Source of the DNA: an uncultured Cryomorphaceae bacterium
GTDB lineage: Bacteria > Bacteroidota > Bacteroidia > Flavobacteriales > UBA7430
Length of the DNA stretch: 64,000 bases
Reading direction: 5' to 3'
Assembly (NCBI GenBank): GCA_964516765.1
Contig: CAZEWZ010000001.1
Span: 72,755 to 136,754, forward strand
In this document: piece by piece, positions 8,378-19,302 of the stretch
Layout of the letters: each line of letters begins with the position of its first letter
Numbering within the stretch: the stretch's first letter is position 1
Program-made: the position numbers and the translations under genes
The notes under the pieces: model-generated
Seen by the model: only the letters and a program-made list of their open reading frames with translations
Databases searched by the model: none
Told to the model about the DNA's origin: nothing

Positions 8378-10387
8378 CTAAAAAATATCATCAATTATTT
8401 TAGGGGCGACAAAGTTAGGAAGAGTCACTTTTAATAGAGGTTCTACTTTCATTGCCCTTTTGATTGCGAAAACAGCCTCTTTGTTTCTGGCCCAGCTTCT
8501 TCTTGAAATACCATTGTTCACATCCCAAAAAAGCATAGAATGAAGTTTTTTATTGGCTTCTTCTGAGCCGTCAATTAACATTCCAAATCCACCATTAATT
8601 ACTTCACCCCATCCAACTCCACCTCCATTGTGAATAGATACCCAAGTGGCTCCTCTAAAACTGTCCCCAATGACATTTTGAATAGCCATATCAGCGGTAA
8701 ATTCTGATCCGTCATAAATATTCGAGGTTTCTCTATAAGGAGAATCTGTTCCTGAGACATCATGGTGATCTCTTCCCAAAATTATAGGCCCAATTTCGCC
8801 TTTGGAAATTGCTCGGTTAAATGCAGCTGCAATCTTCACTCTTCCTTCGGAATCCGCATAAAGAATTCTGGATTGTGAGCCCACCACTAATTTATTTTCT
8901 TTTGCCCCTTTTATCCATTGGATATTGTCTAACATTTGTCCTTGAATTTCTTTGGGAGACTTTGCTCTAATTTCTTCTAGTATATCACAAGCAATCTGGT
9001 CTGTTTTATCTAGGTCTTTTTCTTTTCCTGAAGCACATACCCATCTAAAAGGACCAAATCCATAATCAAAGCACATGGGTCCCATTATATCCTGAACATA
9101 AGACGGATATCGGAATTTAGTTCCATCATTTGACATAATTGATGCATTGGCTCGAGAAGCTTCCAACAAAAAAGCATTTCCATAATCGAAGAAATAAGTC
9201 CCTTGTGAAGTATGTTTATTTACAGAATTTACGTGCCTTCGAAGAGTTTCTTGTATTTTTATTTTAAATTTTTCGGAATCATTTACCATCATTTTATTTG
9301 CATTCTCATATGACATTCCTGATGGATAATATCCTCCAGCCCAGGGGTTATGAAGTGAGGTTTGGTCAGAACCTAAATCAATAAATATGTTTTCGTGATC
9401 AAACTTTTCCCATACATCTACAATATTTCCTTGATAAGCAATAGACACTACTTCTTTTGTCCTCTTTGCTTTTCTTATTCTCTGGCAAAGTAGATTAAGA
9501 TCAGAAATGACCTCATCAACCCAGCCTTGTGAATGTCGGGTGTTTATCACTTTTGGATTTATCTCAGCTGTGACCGAAATACATCTTGCAATATTTGCAG
9601 CTTTGGGCTGTGCTCCACTCATTCCGCCAAGTCCAGATGTCAAAAATAATTTTCCTTCTAGACCTTCTCCATTTTTAGATATTTTTCTACCGGCATTAAG
9701 AAGAGTTATGGTTGTTCCATGAACGATTCCTTGGGGTCCGATATACATATAAGAACCAGCAGTCATTTGTCCATATTGACTTACACCTAATGCGTTAAAC
9801 TTTTCTAAATCATTTGGTTTTGAATAATTAGGAATGACCATGCCGTTTGTCACAATGACTCTAGGTGCATTTTTATGAGAGGGGTAAAGACCCATAGGAT
9901 GACCAGAGTACATTGTTAGGGTTTGTTCATCGGTCATTTCAGATAAATATCTCATGCATAGCCTGTATTGAGCCCAATTTTGAAATACGGCTCCATTTCC
10001 ACCGTATGTAATCAATTCGTCAGGATGCTGAGCCACTGACGCATCTAAATTATTTTGAATCATCAACATAATCGCTTTTGCTTGCATAGATTTACCAGGA
10101 TATTGATTTATATTTCTGGCATAAATGCTATGTTTTGGTTTGAATCGTAACATATAAATACGACCAAATTGACGCAATTCTTCTGCAAACTCATGAGCAA
10201 GAACATGATGGAATTTGGCTGGAAAGTAACGTAAAGCATTTTTTAATGCCAACATTTTTTCTTGGGTATTGAGAATATCTTTACGCTTAGGCGCGTGATT
10301 TGATAATGAATTATACTCGGCCTTGTTAGGTAATATACATGGTATACCTTCGCGGATTTCATTTTGAAATTCTTCCAAATTTATCAT
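8378..10387 (-). CDS. hutU: Urocanate hydratase
   Basis: 669 aa, the long Bacteroidota-type urocanase. Motifs seen include GGMSGAQPKA, YGGNGAVFQNW and GLGGMSGAQ. Confidence 0.94.
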   Translation of the reverse strand: MINLEEFQNEIREGIPCILPNKAEYNSLSNHAPKRKDILNTQEKMLALKNALRYFPAKFHHVLAHEFAEELRQFGRIYMLRFKPKHSIYARNINQYPGKSMQAKAIMLMIQNNLDASVAQHPDELITYGGNGAVFQNWAQYRLCMRYLSEMTDEQTLTMYSGHPMGLYPSHKNAPRVIVTNGMVIPNYSKPNDLEKFNALGVSQYGQMTAGSYMYIGPQGIVHGTTITLLNAGRKISKNGEGLEGKLFLTSGLGGMSGAQPKAANIARCISVTAEINPKVINTRHSQGWVDEVISDLNLLCQRIRKAKRTKEVVSIAYQGNIVDVWEKFDHENIFIDLGSDQTSLHNPWAGGYYPSGMSYENANKMMVNDSEKFKIKIQETLRRHVNSVNKHTSQGTYFFDYGNAFLLEASRANASIMSNDGTKFRYPSYVQDIMGPMCFDYGFGPFRWVCASGKEKDLDKTDQIACDILEEIRAKSPKEIQGQMLDNIQWIKGAKENKLVVGSQSRILYADSEGRVKIAAAFNRAISKGEIGPIILGRDHHDVSGTDSPYRETSNIYDGSEFTADMAIQNVIGDSFRGATWVSIHNGGGVGWGEVINGGFGMLIDGSEEANKKLHSMLFWDVNNGISRRSWARNKEAVFAIKRAMKVEPLLKVTLPNFVAPKIIDDIF

Positions 10388-10575
10388 TATTCTTGTTCTT
10401 TTTTTGTTAGGATATTATTTTTGTTAAAACCGTAAGGGCAATGCTTGCAAATATTTTTACAGCAGTATCCTCGCTTTAAATGATACTTTTCCGTAAAGAT
10501 AATATACCCTTCTCCAGAGGTGTAATAGTCTTCTGGTGATAAATTGCTTTGATTAGAAAAAGAGTCAGATTTCAT
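10387..10575 (-). CDS. Small Cys-rich protein (DUF5522-like)
   Basis: 62 aa ending in RGYCCKNICKHCPYG. Its stop abuts the hutU start, so the two are probably co-transcribed. Confidence 0.6.
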   Translation of the reverse strand: MKSDSFSNQSNLSPEDYYTSGEGYIIFTEKYHLKRGYCCKNICKHCPYGFNKNNILTKKEQE

Positions 10576-10599
10576 AGATTGTAAATTTACAATTTTCCA

Positions 10600-11520
10600 A
10601 TGTATATTTGTCTAGTGAATAAACCTGTTAATTCTGCTGTTCAAGAAATATCTGACGCCATGCTTCAAAAGAAGCGACTTCGGGTTTTTGTGATGAGGGA
10701 AGATCTTCTTCATGACACAATTTCTGGGAATAAATGGCGAAAACTAAAGTATAATATTGCTCATGCCAAGACAAAATCCTATGATACTCTGGTTACCTTT
10801 GGAGGTGCCTATTCGAATCATATCGCTGCCACTGCGGCCGCAGGAAGCGAATTCGGCTTCTCTACTTTTGGTTTTATTCGAGGCGAGTCACACCAGCCAT
10901 TAAATCCTACGCTAGATTTCGCTTCAAGGTGTGGGATGGAACTTCGTTATGTCAGTAGGGTAGATTACAAAAATAAAAACACTCCCAAATTTCAAGAAGA
11001 ACATTTTAAGGAACTCAAGAATTTTTATCTCATACCAGAAGGAGGGACTAATTCACTAGCAGTCAAAGGCTGTTCAGAAATTCTAACGGATTGCACTATT
11101 GATTTTGATATCGTTTGTTGTGCTTGTGGAACAGGAGGAACTCTTTCCGGTCTAATTCATAGTCTTAAACTCCATCAACATGCCATTGGTTTTCCTGTGT
11201 TAAAAGGAGCTTCTTTTTTGAATAACTATATTGATTCTCAAGTTTCCCAGTCTAACTGGAGTTTAATTGAAGACTATCATTTTGGGGGATATGCCAAAGT
11301 TGACTCTGCCTTAGTTGATTTTGTGAATAATTTTAAAAGAAAACATCGTATTGCCTTAGATCCGATCTATACAGGAAAGATGATGTTTGGTCTCTGGGAC
11401 TTAATTAAAAAAGACTATTTTCGTGAAGACAGTAAAATTATTGCCATACATACTGGTGGGATACAAGGAATAAAAGGAATGAATGAGCGGCTAAAAAATA
11501 AAGACTTACAATTTTTATGA
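10600..11520 (+). CDS. PLP-dependent ACC deaminase / D-cysteine desulfhydrase family protein
   Basis: 306 aa. Has the GNKWRKL lysine motif, a GGAYSNH segment and a TGGT..G glycine loop, typical of this fold-type II PLP family. The start codon is uncertain. Confidence 0.72.
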   Translation: MYICLVNKPVNSAVQEISDAMLQKKRLRVFVMREDLLHDTISGNKWRKLKYNIAHAKTKSYDTLVTFGGAYSNHIAATAAAGSEFGFSTFGFIRGESHQPLNPTLDFASRCGMELRYVSRVDYKNKNTPKFQEEHFKELKNFYLIPEGGTNSLAVKGCSEILTDCTIDFDIVCCACGTGGTLSGLIHSLKLHQHAIGFPVLKGASFLNNYIDSQVSQSNWSLIEDYHFGGYAKVDSALVDFVNNFKRKHRIALDPIYTGKMMFGLWDLIKKDYFREDSKIIAIHTGGIQGIKGMNERLKNKDLQFL

Positions 11521-12413
11521 GAAACATAGTTTACCTGTATTTTATCATCACAAGTTGTAGATTGTTTGCACAAGATTTCACTTATGAAACCTATGTTCAG
11601 AAGTACTACAAATTAGCTCTTGAAGAAATGCATGTATTTGGAATTCCAGCAAGTATTACTCTAGCTCAAGGAATTTTAGAATCGGGTATTGGAGCCTCAG
11701 AATTAGCCCTGAAGTCCAATAATCACTTTGGGATAAAATGCCACAAGAATTGGAATGGAAAGAAAGTTTATCATGATGATGACGAAGCGCAAGAATGTTT
11801 TCGAAAGTATAGAAAAGTTTCAGATTCATACAGGGACCACTCAGAATTTTTAAAAAATAGAGAACGATATGCCTTTTTATTTGATTTGAAAACATCGGAT
11901 TATAAATCTTGGGCATTAGGTTTGAAAAAAGCAGGTTATGCTACTCTTCCAACTTATGCAGATAAGTTGATTAAATTGATTGAAAATCTCAACTTATCTG
12001 TCTATGATAATGCATCAAAGTCAGGCCAGAGAAAGCTGAAAAAGCCTCCTCGAAGTCGAAGGAAAAAAATTTATAAGAGCGATAATGGTTTAAAATATAT
12101 TTTAGCAAACCATAATGATACGTATGATCGAATTGCAAACAATCAAAATATGTGGATGTGGGAATTGCTCAATTTCAATGATAGGAATTTAGATGTAGAA
12201 TTGGTTTTTGGTGAGCGTGTTTATTTAGAGAAAAAAAAGCGCAAGGGCAATATTCAGATACATTTTGCTAAAAAAGGAGAAACATTTTATAGCATATCTC
12301 AATTATACGGTCTTCAACTTTCAGTACTCCGTAATAAAAATAGATGTATATTTCCTTGTGAAATACAAGAGGGAATGGAAGTTTTTCTTAGAAAAAGAAA
12401 GCCAAAATATTAG
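11517..12413 (+). CDS. Glucosaminidase (GH73-like) domain protein with a C-terminal LysM-like domain
   Basis: 298 aa with a signal peptide. The GH73 core reads ITLAQGILESG.G.SELA...NN.FGIK, followed by a basic linker and a LysM-like end (HFAKKGETFYSISQLYG). Confidence 0.8.
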   Translation: MRNIVYLYFIITSCRLFAQDFTYETYVQKYYKLALEEMHVFGIPASITLAQGILESGIGASELALKSNNHFGIKCHKNWNGKKVYHDDDEAQECFRKYRKVSDSYRDHSEFLKNRERYAFLFDLKTSDYKSWALGLKKAGYATLPTYADKLIKLIENLNLSVYDNASKSGQRKLKKPPRSRRKKIYKSDNGLKYILANHNDTYDRIANNQNMWMWELLNFNDRNLDVELVFGERVYLEKKKRKGNIQIHFAKKGETFYSISQLYGLQLSVLRNKNRCIFPCEIQEGMEVFLRKRKPKY

Positions 12414-15007
12414 TCGACGGCATAGTTAAATATAGTTCCGGTTTCTCCCGAAGTAATGAGATTGAGTTCACCGTCATTATTCAAGTCCTGTAAGACTCCA
12501 GTGGTTTTACCATAAAGCGGAAAGCCATCTATTATTTCATTTGTGTCTCTAAAAAGATAGGTTTTAGATCCTTTTTTATCTGTAACGCTTAGGTAAAAAC
12601 GATCAGAGAATTCAAATATTTTAGCTGGAAGGAGTTCTGCTTCATCAAATGAGTACATTAGGTTAATTTTGGGTCCGTTCACATTCAAGACATCTCCTTT
12701 GGTTCGAATATTATGCCCTTTAGAGAATTCGTATTGAGTATTTTTTTCAAATGAAAATTGTAGACTATTATCTATGCTTCCGTCAAAAAGAATATTTTTC
12801 TGAGCACCATTTTTATCAATTGTAACCATCATGGAAGTCTCTTTTGTTTTTCCTTGAATGACTTGGATTGTATTCTGAGAGAATTCAATTTTTTCTGATA
12901 TTTGAATACGAGATTCTCCCTTCCTATTAAGTATATGGAGAGTGCCGTTTTCTTCCGCCATAATTATGTAGTCTCTTCCACCAATGACATAGTGTTCTGC
13001 GGGATGAATTGCTGGACTCAATGTGCGAGATAATTTCCACCCTTTAATCTTTTCTCCGAATTTATTATACATAAAATACTTCTTTCCTGAAGAGACTAGT
13101 ATTCGGTAGTTTTTATTTTTTTCGTAGTCAAATAGAGAAATTGGAAGCTTGGTGGGTTCTTCCAACATAATTGGAAAGTTAAGGACATCGCGTCCATTTC
13201 GATCCACAAGAAAGACTTTATTAGTTGTATTAAAGATCATTTGGAACTTCTTGTTTTTATATAAATCAATTTGTTTTATTTCGCCCAGAATACCTTCTTC
13301 AAGTTTTCTTTTCCATATAATTTCTCCTTGAGAAGAAATCAGATAAAGATTCAGAAGTTCATCTTGCAAAGCAAGCTCCCATTTTTTTGTATAGTGATTT
13401 CTGACTAAGTTGATTTCAGAGCGAAGAGGCGCATCTAATTGAACTGTCCAAATATTTTTTGTTTCCTCTTTTTCTGCAGAATTAAAGTGAAGATAAGCAC
13501 TCGAATAGCAGTCTTTAGTACTTAAGTTGAATTGAAGTGCAAAGGCACTAATGGGTTTTAAGGCTTCTATGTTCTGATTAACGAACTCAGCAGCATGTCC
13601 ATTTAAATGTCTTGTGGCCCATTTTAATCCCTCAATATTCTGAATATAGTAGGTGAGGTTTGCCTTATTTTCTATCTCATTCATACAATTTTGAAAATCA
13701 ATAGAATAGCTTAATGAATTTTCTGACTTAAAGTCATTAATTAGATTTTTAAGCATTCCTTGGTCTGCACATAGAATCAGTTGTTCTTTAAGAACACAAG
13801 CGAATTTTAAGTCACTAGTGTTTGTGTAGTTACCTATGTATGCAAAATATTTTAAGGCTTCCCATTTAAAAATAGGTTCCGAACGGTATTCAAAAACAGA
13901 ATCGGCATAGGAAGCTAAGTATTCTTCTACCAAGCTACTCTGCTTAAGATCTAGAGTAATTCCAGGACTTGTTTTATTTCCATTTTCTGAGATGAAATAG
14001 CAGAATTCACTGTCTATCCAATTGATGAATTCTTTTTGTATACTTGAATCTAATCCCTTTAAATGTAACTCATATTTTTTCTTTTGGTGAAGTAATTCCA
14101 ATGCCCTTATTTTTTTTCTTTGGTATTGCTCGAAGTTTTCAAAAGACCAACTACAAAAAAAGGCTGTGTTTTTTGGGAGTACTTCTGGCGCTTTCAGATT
14201 TTGTCCCTCATTCCCCTTAAAAAATTGGAGTTCTTGAGCGAGCGAGTCATGGCTTATAGCCAATCCACTAAATAAAACCCCTTCATTTGTCGGTTCTATA
14301 TCCCATTGAATCCAACTTGCATGACCGCTTAGCAGAGATGGTTTTTGTAAAAATGTAGTGCTAATTTTATCGAAATTTTTACATTTTAAGTATAGGTTGA
14401 AATCTTCTTTTTTATTTGAGCTCTGATACAATTCTTGAAATGGTGCATCTCTGTTTAAATTATTTTTTGTCTTTAATTGTCGAATAGCATCTTCAATCAG
14501 AACTTTAGCAGGGCTTAGTATCAAAAGTCCATTATGAATGGTATAAAAAAATAGTTTCTTTTCTATCAGTACCTCTAAAACTATCGCTTTGCTGTATGGA
14601 TGAGATTTTATACTACCAAAGCTATTTAGCCCCATTTCAAGAATTTTTAATTTTTGTTCTTGATTTTTTGTATCAGTCATGGCCATCCAGTTAAAAGAAA
14701 GAGAGCCTGTAGAATGAATAGATATAAATACAGGATTAATACTTGAAAGATCAGACACAAATGGAGAGAGGGTAGAGTCAATACTTAAAATAATCTTCTG
14801 AGAATCACCCATGAATGATTCTTTGGCTAAAAGATTCCAGAGATTATTTTTTGAGATTTTTTTTAGGCTTTGAGCCAGATTTTTTGTTTCAATAATCATT
14901 GCTGCATCAATTGGGATGGCTTCCAAAGCAGTATTTTTTTTAGAGTTTTCTTTTTGACAAGCTGAAAAAGTGCTAAGAATTGTTACCAAGCAAAGGATTC
15001 GGTACAT
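12410..15007 (-). CDS. Large lipoprotein of unknown function
   Basis: 865 aa with a lipoprotein signal (LSTFSAC). The C-terminal third has repetitive beta-propeller or FG-GAP-like segments (DLNNDGELNLITSG). I do not recognise the family. Confidence 0.6.
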   Translation of the reverse strand: MYRILCLVTILSTFSACQKENSKKNTALEAIPIDAAMIIETKNLAQSLKKISKNNLWNLLAKESFMGDSQKIILSIDSTLSPFVSDLSSINPVFISIHSTGSLSFNWMAMTDTKNQEQKLKILEMGLNSFGSIKSHPYSKAIVLEVLIEKKLFFYTIHNGLLILSPAKVLIEDAIRQLKTKNNLNRDAPFQELYQSSNKKEDFNLYLKCKNFDKISTTFLQKPSLLSGHASWIQWDIEPTNEGVLFSGLAISHDSLAQELQFFKGNEGQNLKAPEVLPKNTAFFCSWSFENFEQYQRKKIRALELLHQKKKYELHLKGLDSSIQKEFINWIDSEFCYFISENGNKTSPGITLDLKQSSLVEEYLASYADSVFEYRSEPIFKWEALKYFAYIGNYTNTSDLKFACVLKEQLILCADQGMLKNLINDFKSENSLSYSIDFQNCMNEIENKANLTYYIQNIEGLKWATRHLNGHAAEFVNQNIEALKPISAFALQFNLSTKDCYSSAYLHFNSAEKEETKNIWTVQLDAPLRSEINLVRNHYTKKWELALQDELLNLYLISSQGEIIWKRKLEEGILGEIKQIDLYKNKKFQMIFNTTNKVFLVDRNGRDVLNFPIMLEEPTKLPISLFDYEKNKNYRILVSSGKKYFMYNKFGEKIKGWKLSRTLSPAIHPAEHYVIGGRDYIIMAEENGTLHILNRKGESRIQISEKIEFSQNTIQVIQGKTKETSMMVTIDKNGAQKNILFDGSIDNSLQFSFEKNTQYEFSKGHNIRTKGDVLNVNGPKINLMYSFDEAELLPAKIFEFSDRFYLSVTDKKGSKTYLFRDTNEIIDGFPLYGKTTGVLQDLNNDGELNLITSGETGTIFNYAVD

Positions 15008-15122
15008 AGAGTCATTTTAGTTTAATCACAAATAAATATTCTAGTTTTTTGTCTTTCTTCCAAAAAATTAGTTTCTAATTTAAATCATTCAAATTTAAAT
15101 AGTTAGATTTTTTGTCGGATAT

Positions 15123-15722
15123 TTAAATTTTTAATTTGAGTTGTTCTGGCAAGAGCCTGAAGCTAAGCCTATGGTGTAGGTTGTTTCCAAACTCTCGGAT
15201 TGCAGCTCGGTGAGCTTTTGTAGGATACCCTTTGTTTTTTCCCCAATAGTATTTAGGGAATTGTGAATCTAAATCTATCATTAGTCCATCGCGAAAAGTC
15301 TTTGCCAAGATTGATGCTGCAGCAATATTGAGGTATTTACTATCTCCTTTAATAATACAATGGTGCTCCTTATCTTTATATGTATGGAATCGGTTGCCAT
15401 CGACCAAAACACTATCAAATGAAATTTTAATCTGGTCTAAGGCTTTGTGCATTGCCAGAATAGATGCATTTAAAACATTGATTTTGTCAATTTCATGAGA
15501 AGATACAATACCTATAGAATAGGCCAAAGCTTTTTTTCGAATGAGTCTATTGAGAAACTCTCTATTTTTTTTGCTGACTTGTTTGGAGTCATTGAGCAAG
15601 ATATGAGAAAAGTTTCTTGGTAATATTACCGCTGCAGCTACCACTGGTCCTGCAATTGATCCCCGTCCCGCTTCATCACAGCCGACTTCAATATGCCTTT
15701 TATTTAAACCATGTAAAAGCAT
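15123..15722 (-). CDS. rnhB: Ribonuclease HII
   Basis: 199 aa. Has the VGCDEAGRGSIAGPVVAAAV catalytic motif and DSK...AASILAK. Confidence 0.93.
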   Translation of the reverse strand: MLLHGLNKRHIEVGCDEAGRGSIAGPVVAAAVILPRNFSHILLNDSKQVSKKNREFLNRLIRKKALAYSIGIVSSHEIDKINVLNASILAMHKALDQIKISFDSVLVDGNRFHTYKDKEHHCIIKGDSKYLNIAAASILAKTFRDGLMIDLDSQFPKYYWGKNKGYPTKAHRAAIREFGNNLHHRLSFRLLPEQLKLKI

Positions 15723-16846
15723 TATTTTTTTATTTTTTCAATGGACTTCCATAGTGCATTTGCTGTAGAATTCCAGCCAAACTTTTCTGCTCTAATTTGT
15801 CCCTTGGCAGAAAGTAGAGTCCTCAAATTGGTGTCCTGATCGAGTCGATACATTGCATTAGAAATTTCTTCTATTTTCAAAGGATTAACCAGTAGAGCTG
15901 CATCCCCCGAAACTTCAGGCATGGATGAACAATTGGATGTAATGACTGGACAAGCGCACTTCATGGCTTCAAGAATAGGGATTCCGAAGCCTTCAAAGTA
16001 AGGCACAAAACACAGTGCTAATGCAGAGGCATATAAGTTGTTAAGCTCCAACTGATTTTTTCGGCCCAAAAATATAATATCTTGTTTATGAAATGTGTTT
16101 TCAAAAGATTTTTGAAGAGCCTGGTTCCACCACATTTTGCTACCCACTATAAGTAGTTTATTGGATGATTTTGATTTTTTTTTGAAAGCATCAAATGCTT
16201 TCAATAGTCTAGTGATATTTTTTCTGGGATGAATCGCACCCACAAACAAGAAGTAATCTACTCCTTGGCTATACATTTTTTTGACTTTAATTTGTTCGCT
16301 TAATCCGATCGGATGAAATTTTGAACTGACTCCATTTAAGCAAACATCAATTTTTGAGGCGTCAATCTTGTATTTGCTACAAATGTCTTTTTTAGAATAC
16401 TCAGATACTGTTGCAATTTGATTCGCTCTTTGGGCATATTTTTTAAAGAAGAAGCGATAAAATAGCCGATGCGAAAATTTTAAATCTTTAGGGTAATGTT
16501 CAAAGTTCAAGTCGTGAATTACAGCTAAAGAGGGGATTAGACTTCTTAGAGAAAGGAAACCATCGGGAGAAAGAAAGACATCTGCATCAATTTCTTTGAG
16601 GATTTTTGGAATTCGTAGTTCGAACCAAATATACCACAAGAGTGGGTGTCGAGTGGGGGGAGATACGACTATGGGATGTACATTATCTTCGAAAATAAAA
16701 TCTGATGAAAATGGTCTGTCAAATAAGAAAAAAAAATCATGCTTAGGCTGTGCTTTTGTAATTCTCGAGAGGGTTTCAAATGAAAACCACCCAATACCTT
16801 CAAGTTTGTCTTTTAATAATAGTCTTGTATTCACTGCAATTCTCAT
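15722..16846 (-). CDS. Glycosyltransferase family 4 (GT-B fold)
   Basis: 374 aa. The C-terminal half has the E(x7)E-type region FVPYFEGFGIPILEAM and the typical GT4 layout. Its stop abuts the rnhB start. Confidence 0.85.
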   Translation of the reverse strand: MRIAVNTRLLLKDKLEGIGWFSFETLSRITKAQPKHDFFFLFDRPFSSDFIFEDNVHPIVVSPPTRHPLLWYIWFELRIPKILKEIDADVFLSPDGFLSLRSLIPSLAVIHDLNFEHYPKDLKFSHRLFYRFFFKKYAQRANQIATVSEYSKKDICSKYKIDASKIDVCLNGVSSKFHPIGLSEQIKVKKMYSQGVDYFLFVGAIHPRKNITRLLKAFDAFKKKSKSSNKLLIVGSKMWWNQALQKSFENTFHKQDIIFLGRKNQLELNNLYASALALCFVPYFEGFGIPILEAMKCACPVITSNCSSMPEVSGDAALLVNPLKIEEISNAMYRLDQDTNLRTLLSAKGQIRAEKFGWNSTANALWKSIEKIKK

Positions 16847-17020
16847 CTTAGCGAAGATAAGATTTTTGAAGTAAATTTTATTGAATGATAAAAACTTATT
16901 ATTTAGGAAAAAGAGAAATTTAATAACACATTTGTATTTGTATAATGGGGAGTTTTTTTCTGTCTTTTATGAATAAAATGATTCTTTTTTCGTTATAAAA
17001 TTGATTATTGCTTAGAAACT

Positions 17021-18379
17021 GTGAAAAAATATTTCAATCAAATTCTTTCTAATATTCGTTTGGATTTAAATCTAAATGAGTTGATACGTGGAACTGCTCT
17101 TGTATTTATATTCAGACTTCTAGGGGTATTCTCAGGTTATATGTTGAGCTATATTATTACCAAGTATTTTGGAGACGAAGTTTTGGGGATCTATTCTATT
17201 TGTTTTACTCTTCTTAGTTTGGCAGTAGTATTTTCAAGAATGGGCCTTGATGAGGCCCTTGTAAAAGTAGTTTCCCAACTAAATTTTCAAAACAAATCTG
17301 GCCAAGCCAGAGCTGCATATTTAAATAGTTCAGTTCTAGTCTTTTTTTTGAGTCTTCTTGTGGCTATTATCTTTTATGAGTCTTCTCACTTTTTTGCCCA
17401 ATGGTTTGGTAATATTTTGTTGGAAGAGCCTATAAAGATTGTCGCTTTTGCTATTGTTCCCTTTGCATTAATTAAACTAAATGCAGAAATGTTGCGAGGA
17501 ATGAAGAAATTGAAAGCATATTCTTATCTACAGACCGGTTCTTTGTTTTTAGTCATGTGTCTTTTTATTGTTGCGGGTATACCTTTTTTTAAGTTTAAAA
17601 TTGACATTCCATTTTATGCATTGCTATTTTCCTGTTTCATCATTTGTCTTTTATCATATTTTCTTGTCCAAAAGCATTCTAGAGTTGCTATAAAGAGCCA
17701 AGAGAGTTTAGGTCGCTTGCTAAAGATTTCCCTCCCGATGATGTTAACTAGTTCCATGTTTTTAGTTCTAAGTTGGACTGATAATATTCTTTTGGGTAGG
17801 TTTTTGAGCGAAGATCAGGTGGGGATATATTTTGTCGCATTCAAGTTGGCATTAATTATTTCTTTGAGCTTGTTTGCTGTAAATTCTGCGGTTGCACCAA
17901 AGTTCTCTGAACTGTCTTCCATAAATGAAGGAAGCAGCTTACGAAGGCTGGCTAGACAATCAGTAAAGTTAAATTTAGCGACCTCCTTACCCATATTCAT
18001 TGCACTTATTCTGTCTACAGAGTATTTGCTTTCTCTTTATGGAAATTCATTTCTTTTAGCAAAAAGGTGTGTTTACATTTTGGCTGTTGGGCAGTTATAT
18101 AATTCCCTATCGGGTTCGGTACTAAATTTTTTGAATATGACAGGTTTCGAAAAATTGGTTAGTAAAATTATTTTTTCTGCGGCTTTATTAAATATTGTTT
18201 TAAACTACTTTTTGATTCCCCAATTTGATCAAACAGAAGGATGGACAGGTATTGAGGGAGCCGCTATTGCGAGTACAATAAGTGTGATTTATTGGAATTC
18301 TTTGGGGCTTTATTTTGTGTATAAACACCATGGAATATTCATGTTTCCCCATCGATTATTATTTAAAAAAAGCAAATGA
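17021..18379 (+). CDS. wzx: Oligosaccharide flippase (Wzx / MOP superfamily)
   Basis: 452 aa with about 12 predicted TM helices and a polysaccharide-biosynthesis-protein layout. GTG start. Confidence 0.78.
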   Translation: MKKYFNQILSNIRLDLNLNELIRGTALVFIFRLLGVFSGYMLSYIITKYFGDEVLGIYSICFTLLSLAVVFSRMGLDEALVKVVSQLNFQNKSGQARAAYLNSSVLVFFLSLLVAIIFYESSHFFAQWFGNILLEEPIKIVAFAIVPFALIKLNAEMLRGMKKLKAYSYLQTGSLFLVMCLFIVAGIPFFKFKIDIPFYALLFSCFIICLLSYFLVQKHSRVAIKSQESLGRLLKISLPMMLTSSMFLVLSWTDNILLGRFLSEDQVGIYFVAFKLALIISLSLFAVNSAVAPKFSELSSINEGSSLRRLARQSVKLNLATSLPIFIALILSTEYLLSLYGNSFLLAKRCVYILAVGQLYNSLSGSVLNFLNMTGFEKLVSKIIFSAALLNIVLNYFLIPQFDQTEGWTGIEGAAIASTISVIYWNSLGLYFVYKHHGIFMFPHRLLFKKSK

Positions 18380-19272
18380 ACCTAGAAATTAGATTTATTG
18401 GTGTGGGTGCAGTAAAGAGCGGTTCTTCATGGATGGCTTCTCTTTTAGGTCAACATCCTGAGGTCTGTATGTCCTTTCGAAAAGAAGTCTCTTATTTCAA
18501 TCGGTTAAATCTGAATGGAACTAGTAATCCTTCGTCTTACTATGATTTTAGCTACTATGAAAAATTTTGGCCCAAAAATAATAAAATTAAGGGCGAAGTA
18601 TCTCCACAATATCTTTTCGATAAGCATGCTCCTTCATCTATAAAAAAGATTTTTCCAGATACTCATATTTTAATCATGTTGAGAAATCCCAAAGAAGTCG
18701 TTTATTCTCATTTTCTATACGAGAAATTATTTAATCGCTCTATTGAATCTAAGCTTTCCCTTGAGAAGGCTATTCAAACGAATTCTTATTTATTAGAAAC
18801 AGCATCTTTTTCGAGCCAAGTTGAACGATATTTGAAGGAGTTTGGAAGTGATAAAGTGCATGTTTACATATTAGAGGAAGCTCTTAAAGATCCATCTGTG
18901 TTTTCTAAAAAGCTATATTCAGACATTAGGTTAATCAATGTAGATTTCAAACCGAGTTATAATTCCGTGAATCAGAGTAAAAAAGTTCGATCGAATTTAA
19001 TTCATTCTCTTTTAGTTTTCCTTTCGCGGCTAAAAAAATATATTGAAGGTTCTAGATGGAATTCTTTGTTTGATAATATCAAACAAACCAGAATTTATAT
19101 CAGTTTGGTTCAGTCTAGAAATAGTGTGTTGGATAAAAATGTCACTTTAGTCAAAAAACCCAAAATGTCTCTAAAGGATAATAAGTATCTAGAATCTTAT
19201 TTTAAAAATGATATTGAGGTTCTCGAAGGACTGTTGGATAGAGATTTATCTGTATGGAAAGCAAGCGATTAA
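18376..19272 (+). CDS. Sulfotransferase family protein
   Basis: 298 aa. Has a 5'-PSB-like loop (GAVKSGSSW) near the N-terminus and a 3'-PB-like motif (LRNPKEVVYS). It overlaps the flippase stop by 4 nt. Confidence 0.78.
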   Translation: MNLEIRFIGVGAVKSGSSWMASLLGQHPEVCMSFRKEVSYFNRLNLNGTSNPSSYYDFSYYEKFWPKNNKIKGEVSPQYLFDKHAPSSIKKIFPDTHILIMLRNPKEVVYSHFLYEKLFNRSIESKLSLEKAIQTNSYLLETASFSSQVERYLKEFGSDKVHVYILEEALKDPSVFSKKLYSDIRLINVDFKPSYNSVNQSKKVRSNLIHSLLVFLSRLKKYIEGSRWNSLFDNIKQTRIYISLVQSRNSVLDKNVTLVKKPKMSLKDNKYLESYFKNDIEVLEGLLDRDLSVWKASD

Positions 19273-19302
19273 TTGTATATTTGAAAAATAAATCAACCAC
19301 CC

